A stretch of DNA of 64,000 nt from Octopus sinensis. Lineage: Eukaryota. Below, piece after piece: positions 55,741-64,000 of this stretch. The stretch spans positions 18,786,001 through 18,850,000 of the forward strand of contig NC_043018.1 of NCBI RefSeq assembly GCF_006345805.1. The letters are read 5' to 3'. The notes under the pieces are model-generated. The model was not told the DNA's origin. It did not search any database and saw only the letters and a list, made by a program, of their open reading frames with translations. A program made the position numbers and the translations under genes. Numbering within the stretch: position 1 is the stretch's first letter; every line of letters begins with the position of its first letter.

Positions 55741-56053
55741 AGATGAATGAATTATCCTAGTATGGATAATTCGGTTAATCGATACCTGGGTAGCAAATTC
55801 ACGTCAGTAAAACACGGTTGAAGTTAAATGCCAAGGGCCGAACACCGTGTTCGTGTGTGGAAATTTGTGTGTTTTTTTATATGAATAAATGAAAAGAATG
55901 GAGTTGAAAGAAAATTTTAACAAAATTCCTTTACTTTCGACATATGTTTCGAAGACTGCATACTCTTAATTCCAAAGGAATGAAGGTTGCATTATGCCGT
56001 CTTCTCATCAGGAATTTGTTAAAATCTTCGTTCAACTCCATTCTTTTCATTTA

Positions 56054-56062
<9 letters not shown>
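55740..56062 (-). mobile_element. Penelope-derived hammerhead element inserted in a (TA)n tract
   Basis: About 52-bp inverted arms (55878-55930 and 56010-56062) enclose the hammerhead core. A further hairpin gaattatcc-tagtat-ggataattc lies near 55748-55771, and (TA)n flanks both sides. Confidence 0.6.
55936..56014 (-). ncRNA. Minimal type I hammerhead ribozyme (Penelope-type)
   Basis: Minus strand reads ttc-CTGATGA-gaagac...gtcttc-GAAA-catatg-TC-gaa. It has the complete core, a perfect 6-bp stem II starting G-C (extended by gcata/tatgc), a palindromic stem III ACATATGT, a GUC triplet and a 3-bp stem I. Confidence 0.8.
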
Positions 56063-56096
<34 letters not shown>

Positions 56097-56324
56097 ATAT
56101 ACAAACACACACTCACACATGTACATATATACACATGTATGAATGTATTTGGTATTCATTCAGGCTCTGTAGATCTCAATTTTCCATTGAAGTCAACTTA
56201 GTCTTTCATCCTTTCAGGTTTGATACATAAATCAACAGACAGACAGATAAATAGATAGACAGACAAACAGACAGATGGATTATCAGACAGATAGACAGAC
56301 AGACAGATGTATAAAATGATAATA

Positions 56325-56713
56325 GGCGCAGGAGTGGCTCTATGGTAAGTAGCTTGTTTACCAACCACATGGTTCCAGGTTCAGTCCCACTGTGTGGCAC
56401 CTTGGGCAAGTGTCTTCTACTATAGCCTCGGGCCGACCAAAGCCTTGTGAGTGGATTTGGTAGACGGAAACTGAAAGAAGCCCATTGTATATATATATAT
56501 GCTTGTGTGTGTTTGTGTGTCTGTATTTGTCCCCCTAGCATTGCTTGACAACCGATGCTGGTGTGTTTATGTCCCCGTTACTTAGCGGTTCGGCAAAAGA
56601 GACCGATAGAATAAGTACTGGGCTTACAAAAGAATAAGTCCCGGGGTCGAGTTACTCGATTAAAGGCGGTGCTCCAGCATGGCTGCAGTCAAATGACTGA
56701 AACAATTAAAAGA
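56325..56713 (+). mobile_element. tRNA-derived SINE family B, full length
   Basis: Near-identical in layout to 33913-34296; lies about 200 bp from the INPP5F exon donor. Confidence 0.85.
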
Positions 56714-56906
56714 GATAGGTAGATGGACAATTAGATGGGTAGACAGATGGACAGATAGGTAGACAGAGAGATGGAGAGTTAGATGGACAGACAGGTAGAC
56801 AAGCAAGCAGTCAGACAGACAGGCAGTAAGACAGACAAACTGACAGACAGACTAACAGGCAAACGAAGATAGATGAAAATAGATAGAAACACTGAATGTC
56901 ACCAAC

Positions 56907-56974
56907 CTGTTCTGTCTCTACATAGTTGGCACAAGCTCCACTTTCTTCCAAACCCCTTTTTTTAGATCTCGTAC
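56907..56974 (-). CDS. INPP5F: Internal coding exon of SAC-domain phosphoinositide phosphatase (Sac2/INPP5F-like): (G)TRSKKKGLEESGACANYVETEQ
   Basis: Acceptor ttttgtcttttatAG and donor CAG|GTtggt; 68 nt, phase 1 to phase 0. The translation matches the SAC-family GTR...G..G.CANYVETEQ motif and joins in frame to the exon at 49798-49909. Confidence 0.9.
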
Positions 56975-57079
56975 CTATAAAAAGACAAAAAAAAAAACAA
57001 CAAATAACACCTTCTTCAGTAACACTGTCTTCACAATAATGAAGCCTTAATTTGCTAGAAAGGACAATATCTGATCAAT

Positions 57080-58549
57080 TTAACCCTTTTGATACCAACC
57101 TGGATAAAACCACCTCTGGCTCTGTAGTGCAAATGTCTTGTTTTCAAAAGTTATGAATTAAAGTCTTCCACCAAACCTTAGTCACAATTTATGTTTCTAA
57201 CACTAGCTGAATGATAACTAAGTTATGTTACTAAATTCTTTGTTATATTTAAAATTAATTGAAAGAAATACAGAGCATCTCGACAGCAATACGGTAACAA
57301 AAGGGTTAAAATCTATAATAGAAAAACAATTCTTAACCCTTTTAATACCAACCTGGCTGAAACCAGCTCTGGTTCTGTAGTACAAATGTCATGTTTTCAT
57401 AAGTTTTGAATTAAAATCTTTCACCAAACCTTAGTCACAATTTATGTTCCTAACACTAGCTTAATGATAACTAAGTTATTTTACTAAATTCTTTGTTATA
57501 TTTAAAATTAATTGAAAGAAATACAGAGCATCTCAACAGAAATATGGCAACCAAAGGGTTAACAAATGCTTACTTTAACCCTTTCAATACAAACCCAGCT
57601 GAAACTGCCTCTGGTTCTGTAGTACAAATGTCTTGTTTTCAAAAGTTCTGACTTAAAATCTTCCACCAAGCCTTAGTCACAATCTATGTTCCGAACACTA
57701 GCTTAATGATAACTAAGTTATTTTACTAAATTCTTTGTTATATCTAAAATCAACTGAAAGAAATACAGAGCATCTCAACAGAAATATGGTAACAAAAGGG
57801 TTAAAAAATGCTTACTTTAACCCTTTTGATACCAACCCAGCTGAAACTGGCTCTGGCTCTGTGGTACAAGTGTCTTGTTTTCATAAGTTTTGAATTAAAA
57901 TCTTCCACCAAACTTTAGTCACAATTTATGTTCCTAACACTAGCTGAATGATAACCAAGTTATTTTACTAAATTCTTTGTTATATCTAAAATCAACTGAA
58001 AGAAATACAGAGCATCTCAACAGAAATATGGTAACGAAAGGGTTAAAATATATAATAGAGAAACAATTCTTAACCCTTTTGATACCAACCCAGCTGAAAC
58101 TGGCTCTGGCTCTGTAGTACAAGTGTCTTGTTTTAATAAGTTTTGAATTAAAATCTTCCACCAAACCTTTGTCACAATTTATGTTCCTAACACTAGCTTA
58201 ATGATAACTAAGTTATTTTACTAAATTCTTTGTTATATCTAAAATCAACTGAAAGAAATACAGAGCATCTCAACAGAAATATGGTAACGAAAGGGTTAAA
58301 ATATATAATAGAGAAACAATTCTTAACCCTTTTGATACCAACCCAGCTGAAACTGGCTCTGGCTCTGTAGTACAAGTGTCTTGTTTTCATAAGTTTTGAA
58401 TTAAAATCTTCCACCAACCTTAGTCACAATTATGTTCCTAACACTAGCTTAATGATAACTAAGTTATTTTACTAAATTCTTTGTTATATTTAAAGTAATT
58501 GAAAGAAACACAGAGCATCTCAAAAGAAGTATGGTAACGAAAGGGTTAA
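57080..58549. mobile_element. Tandem array of six piggyBac-type MITEs (about 222 bp each)
   Basis: Each unit is TTAA-CCCTTTTGATACC...GGTAAC(A/G)AAAGGG-TTAA. The left TTAA sites start at 57080, 57333, 57575, 57817, 58070 and 58323, and the spacers are 23, 12, 12, 23 and 23 bp. Confidence 0.85.
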
Positions 58550-59342
58550 AAAAGGAAGAATACATTGAACAAAATGGTCAATAATATAGAAATGTACAAG
58601 ATGGTCATGGCTGGAATGCTATTCATTATATGTTTTCTCAATCAGGGTTGTCTCAGGGTTAAACAACACCAGATAAAAACTGGATATCATTTGGATTTTT
58701 GTTTCACCTGGATCGTTCATGGTTATGTTCTTTTTGAGGTGTTTCTGCAGAATTCTTTGACCAGAATCAGCAACACAGTTTAGTCAAGCATCGTGTTATC
58801 ACATATCCTTTAAACAAAGTACCATCTAACCTCGGAATCTCGCAAGTTTTCTGTTGACTAGTTTTACTTTCAGTCTTGAGACATAACATCCCCAGCTAAA
58901 AGACATATTTCTCATCTTCCAATCAAAATCCATTCCTCTTCACAGATCCACAACAATACACACATCCATTCCAGCAGTATCGCTCCATACTTTTCATGCT
59001 TGGTTGCATTCTTAATTAACTCACAGACATTGAATTTTATCTCATAAGCTGTGAATCTTCTCCATTCAGTAAACCAAACTAAATTCTCTCTCTTTTTCCA
59101 GACTTTATGTGTTTTTGGCATTCACCATCAACTTTTTTTCTTTTCTTATTCCACAACCAGGCATTGTTACACTTCCTACACACACACAGACCAAGAACAC
59201 CTCAAACAGTAATGGAAAAAAGTTGTGTGTGTGTGTATATGTATGTATATATGAGCATGGTGTGTATATCGTATAAATATCTATATCATCATCATCATCA
59301 TTTCATGTCTACTTTCCATGCTGGAAACTTGGGAAGTCTGCT

Positions 59343-59620
59343 ACAAAGATATTGAGCATGCTTTGGCAAGCTTATGGCTCTGGGGCAATGGGTTGTTTGC
59401 TATGTTTTGAGAGGTGGCGGTGCTTCCAAAGGGGAAGACAACGAGCAATCTGGAAGCGCTTCCATGAGCATCACCAGCAGAAATGTGGAGAAAACTCATC
59501 AGGTTGTGCATGAGGAGTGTTGGAGGATGACCAGTGATGTTTTGAAGCATTTGAGTTGGACAGTTTGAGGTGGGACATCCAGCAAAAGCGACCGTATCTG
59601 TGGACAGTCTGAAGAAGAGA
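59343..59620 (+). mobile_element. Mariner transposase N-terminal (HTH) fragment, frameshifted, lying inside a family C SINE
   Basis: TKILSMLWQAYGSGAMGCLLCFERWRCFQRG / EDNEQSGSASMSITSRNVEKTHQVVHEECWRMT matches mariner L..AYG...M....FEW..RF..G / ED..RSGRPS.....NVEK....V.ED.R.T. Confidence 0.75.
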
Positions 59621-60519
59621 ACCATTGAGCTGCAGAGCTGCGTCAGGCTCCAATGTCATCTTTGGCATGGTTTCTACTGCTGCTGAATGGCCTTCCTAAT
59701 GCCAACCACTTTATAGAATGTACTGGATGCTTTTTACATAGCACCAGCACTAGTGGGGTTGCCATGTCAACTTGCAGGACATAAAAGAACAGAGGGAAAA
59801 TAAAGGGGAAAAGTTCTCCATTACTAAGAGGAAACTGCTACACCTACATAGCTGTACTTCTAAAGCCTCCTGTTAACGATTCTAATTTAAAACTACACTG
59901 AATCAGGTGTTTTGGAAAATAATGAAACATGAATCAAAATTTGACAGATCCGTTGAAGATGAAATTATTCAAGTCTGCTTGAAATTTGGAAATGACACTT
60001 ATGAAATTCCATGAAGTAGTTTATTGGATTGCACTTGTAAAATTATATATTAAAATTAAGCAGATGGTTAAGTATTATTTGATGATATGTAAATATTTTA
60101 CAATTTTCAGTTTTCTCTTTGAATTAATCAATGGAATGAAATTATCATAAAAAAGGGAAAAGGGAACATTTTCATGGGCTCAAATAATAACTAAGCTAAT
60201 ACGAATTGAAATAACTGTAGGAAATGAAATGCTTTAAGGGATTCTCAAGGAGGGAAAATATTCTGTTCTTCAAACAATGCAAAATATTAAAAAAAAACTG
60301 CACAATTTTGAATTTACATTACATTCATAAAAATCAAATTTATTTCATGATCAATTTGTGTAAAAGATTACGGTGAGACCAGAAATTATTTGACGAATGG
60401 AATCGGTGGACATTCTACAAGTATGTGCATCTTTAAATATAGAACTGTATTACTAATCAAGGTCTTAACAATGATGATGATGATGATCTTGATAATCACA
60501 GCTCATTATTCGTGTGGTA

Positions 60520-61170
60520 CAAAACTTGTTAAAATTCCTTGAGACTGCTGCAGTCTGTTTCTTAACGCAAGGAAAACTGAACACATGGTCATCGATGAAG
60601 ATGGAAGCCATCTGCCAGTTTGATCCAGTGAAAAGCTTAAGTACCTCATATTCTATGTTGCTGACAGTATAACAGTAAGAAAAAGTCCCTTACATGCAAG
60701 GGACAGGCCTGGAATGTCTGTAACACACTTCAAGACATTTGGCAACCGAGTGTTACAAAATCAAAATAGCTGGCCTTCTTCAGAGTCTTCTTTTGGAGAA
60801 AGAATTCTTCTGTAAAGAACCAAAAGGTGCATTTTGAAGAAGGAATTTCAAGGATGCCTCATTCATACAACAGGCTTCTTATGAGGACTAAAATATCTCA
60901 CAACACAAACACAAGACCAAAACGGAGATTCCAGGCCACATTCTATCCATTTCACTTGTCGTTGCTCAATGTAGACTAGACTTTAAGGGTTAAAGCAATT
61001 GTGTTCAAACCACCTGGGGCATATTGGATGTTGTATTCTGTAGAGTTTCACATCTTAATAAAGGACAAAGACCACTCAGTTATACTGATATCACTGGAAA
61101 GAGATACACAGCATGGAACTGCGAATTTACCAAAGCTAATAAGAGACAGAGAACTCCTGGCATGAAACGG
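60520..61170 (+). mobile_element. Decayed RTE-clade LINE 3' portion
   Basis: LFLNARKTEHM, EKLKYL, KGQAWNVCNTLQDIWQ, AFFRV, YNRLLMRT, ISLVVAQCRLDF and KGQRPLSYTDI occur in the expected order. Confidence 0.75.
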
Positions 61171-61357
61171 TAAAATACATCTTAGTTGCAGTCCTTGAAC
61201 AAGAATTATTATTACTACCATAGCAGAATCGGTAGAACAACATACAAACTACTTTAAAATATTTAGTCATGTCGTGCTGCATTTGTCAGTTCAAATCCCA
61301 CCTGGGACCACTTGACTTTTCATCCATCCACAGGTGATAAAATAAAAGTCCAGTAAT

Positions 61358-61650
61358 TTAATCCTTTTGATATCAACCAATCAGAGCCAACAGGTTCCGT
61401 TTATTTGATCCAAAAACTACATTTCAAAGTGTTTGGATTTCAATTAAAACCTTCTCTCATAGTTTTACGTAAGTGTCTTTCATTATGTTCCAACAAACAC
61501 TGGTTTCTTAATTAATTAATTAATTAATTAATTAATTAATAGAAAGTCTTGGTGATTCTATTAACTTCCTCCAAATTCTTAATTATTTTCAAGATTAATT
61601 GAAACTTAGAACAGTGGATTTCATTAGAAATGTTGCTAAACTGAAAACAC
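61358..61650. mobile_element. Decayed MITE related to the 57-58 kb array family
   Basis: Starts ttaatccttttgatatcaac and shares motifs with the array unit (attaaaaccttc, ttatgttcc, aaattctt, aattaattgaaa). Confidence 0.4.
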
Positions 61651-62007
61651 AAATCCACACACACACACACAGCAAAGTCTTCATATAAAGTTTAGATCAA
61701 AGACCGAAATTCTTTCAAAAATAACGGTCACAGAATATTGGTTAATTTGACAACACATCTTCCTCAGAATATAGTCTTCGTGTCTATGGAAGACAAAGTT
61801 CTCATTAAAGAATATTACAATATCAAAATTGGTACAGTTCCAGACAAAATACTTTAATTACAAGCTTTTACCTTCAAAGTTCAAATTCTACCAACACCAA
61901 CCCTGCACTTAATTCCCGAGAAGTCAATAAAATAATCCCCCACCACCACCACCACCACCACCACCATCCTCTTACGTTTTCCTCTTTATCTTTATTCTTC
62001 CACCTTC

Positions 62008-62394
62008 TTTGCCATCCTTTTTACTTCTTTGTCTTCTTTCTCTGTCTCTTCATCATCCTTCTTCTTCTTCCACTTCTTCTTCTTCTTCTTCTTCTGCTTC
62101 TTCTTCTCCTTCTTCTCTTCTTCATCCTCTTCTTCATCCTCTTCTTCTTTATCTACTTCTTCATCCTCTTCTTCTTTATCTTCTTATTCATCTTCTTCTT
62201 CTTCATCTACTTCTTCATCCTCTTCTTCTTTATCTTCTTATTCATCTTCTTCTTCTTCTTCATCTTCTTATTCATCTTCTTCCTCATCTTCTTCTTCCTC
62301 TTCTTCTTTATCTACTTCCTCTTCTTTATCTTCTTATTCATCTTCTTCTTCCTCTTCTTCTTCTTCTTCCTCTTCTTCTTCATCCTCTCCTTCA

Positions 62395-62438
<44 letters not shown>

Positions 62439-62462
62439 ATCTTTTTCTTCTTCTTCTTCTTC
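62008..62462. repeat. Imperfect (TCT)n polypyrimidine tract
   Basis: About 450 bp of tct/tcc/tca triplets; explains the poly-Ser, poly-Leu and poly-Glu ORFs. Confidence 0.95.
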
Positions 62463-63008
62463 CCAAAATGCAAACAGTTTCAAGGAAAAACCTGATAAAA
62501 CTTTGTTTCCATAAATGTTAAAATTCAGAAGATGGTTAAGTACTCTCAGATAAAAGATGAGTCCAGCCACAATGAGTCTGACTTGTACCTCATCTACTGA
62601 GCACTCATCCCCAACTCAAAAACTGAGTCTAATTCACCCTTTTTACTGCAGAAAATTAGACATATCTCCACTCAAAATTCGATTCCTCTTAACAGCAGAA
62701 AACACTTTTATTTCCCAATCTATCTTTTGTTAAGGAATGTCATGCTTGAAACTATTTTCTGTTGAGGAATGTCAAGTATATTGAAGCAACGGGACTCGCA
62801 GAGAATACCAATTCTATTTTTGGGTAGATATTTAACATCATGACTGGAATAACCACAGAATTTAATTTTGCAGTTGAAAGGTTAAACTTGTCCACTTCTT
62901 CGAGCTTCCATCCATCCATCCATCACACCAAAATTCATTGTTCCATTCTGCTGACAGCTACCGAATAAAATATTGGTTTTTTTCCGAACTGATTCCATTT
63001 CAGACACT

Positions 63009-63436
63009 CTCTTTTACTCTTTAACTTGTTTCAGTCATTTGTCTGCGGCCATGCTGGAGCACCGCCTTTAGTCGAGCAAATCGACCCCGGGACTTATTCT
63101 TTGTAAGCCCAGTACTTATTATATCGGTCTCTTTTTGCCGAACCGCTAAGTGTCGGGGACGTAAACACACCAGCATCGGTTGTCAAGCAATGCTAGGGGA
63201 ACAAACACAGACACACAAACACATACACACACACACACACACGTATATATATATATATATATATATATCTGTCATTATGTTCTAAGTTCAAATTCCACCG
63301 AGGTCAACTTTGCCTTTCATCCTTTCGGGGTCGATAAATAAAGTACCAGTTTCGCACTGGGGGCGATATAATCGACTCAATCCCTTCGTGTGTCCTTGTT
63401 TGTCCCCTCATGTTTAGCCCCTTGTGGGCAGTAAAG

Positions 63437-63477
<41 letters not shown>

Positions 63478-63894
63478 ATAAATATTAGGGAATAAATCCA
63501 AATTTACAGGGAAAAAATCAGATTTAGGATTAAATCCAATTTTATAGTAAAATATTATAAAATATTATTAGAGACAAAACCACTATTTTGCAAAACAAAC
63601 AAGGAAAGACTTAATCAATACATAAAATTTTAATTATTAAAATTTTATGTATTGATTAAGTCTTTCTTGTTTGTTTTGCAAAATAGTGGTTTTGTCTCTA
63701 ATAATATATTTTATATATATACATATATATACGACAGGCTTCTTTCAGTTTCCGTCTACGAATTCCACTCACAAGGCATTGGTCGGCCTGGGGCTATAGC
63801 AGAAGACACTTGCTCAAGATGCCATGCAGTGGGACTGAACCCAGAACCATGTGGTTGGTTAGCAAGCTACTTACCACACAGCCACTCCTGCGCC
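63009..63894 (-). mobile_element. SINE family B copy split by nested insertions
   Basis: The 3' half lies at 63009-63225 and the 5' half at 63730-63894. A family A fragment and a fold-back element sit in the central (TA)n tract. Confidence 0.8.
63485..63714. mobile_element. Fold-back element, second copy
   Basis: Same head as 44327, with about 77-bp inverted arms centred near 63635. Confidence 0.75.
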
Positions 63895-64000
63895 TATACA
63901 CTACGGAAACTGTTACTAGTTTGGTGATGAGTTCCAGGAATTTTACCTCCTTACCAAAGTTCTATGGTCCCATACTCTCCCTAAATACCAGACTAAATGC

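Noticed and set aside
56950-57095. MITE TIR (aaccctttt) as the editing-complementary sequence for the exon's AAAAGGGUU
   Set aside because: Only about 9 bp are complementary and the TIR has its own partner, which is insufficient for an ADAR duplex.
57080-58549. Repeat-spacer array superficially like CRISPR
   Set aside because: The repeats are about 222 bp with TIRs and TTAA ends, the spacers are short and duplicated, the genome is eukaryotic, and there are no cas genes.
58850-59130. Possible decayed LINE fragment on the minus strand
   Set aside because: Only vague motif similarity (LMVNAKNT), not enough to call.

Overview
AT-rich, microsatellite-dense eukaryotic genomic DNA. The SINE families and repeat landscape look like those of an octopus (coleoid cephalopod); this is inferred from sequence recognition, not from a database search. 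The only protein-coding sequence I can firmly identify is two consecutive minus-strand exons (56907-56974 and 49798-49909) of a SAC-domain phosphoinositide phosphatase that best matches INPP5F/Sac2. No further INPP5F exon was recognisable in the 49.8 kb downstream. Almost all entries in the supplied ORF track are microsatellite artefacts. The rest of the window holds several tRNA-derived and RTE-tailed SINE families, decayed RTE, CR1, R4-like, Penelope and mariner fragments, piggyBac-type MITEs (one a six-copy TTAA-delimited array), Helitron-like non-autonomous elements, minisatellites and fold-back elements. The most notable signal is a cluster of hammerhead-ribozyme motifs in the INPP5F intron at 54.7-56.1 kb. 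One is a canonical minimal type I hammerhead (GUC cleavage triplet) in the sense orientation of the pre-mRNA. The other two lie in a head-to-head dimer of a tRNA-headed (Pol III box) element with a Penelope-type hammerhead tail, flanked by a 14-bp target-site duplication. Repeat boundaries are approximate unless exact motifs are quoted.
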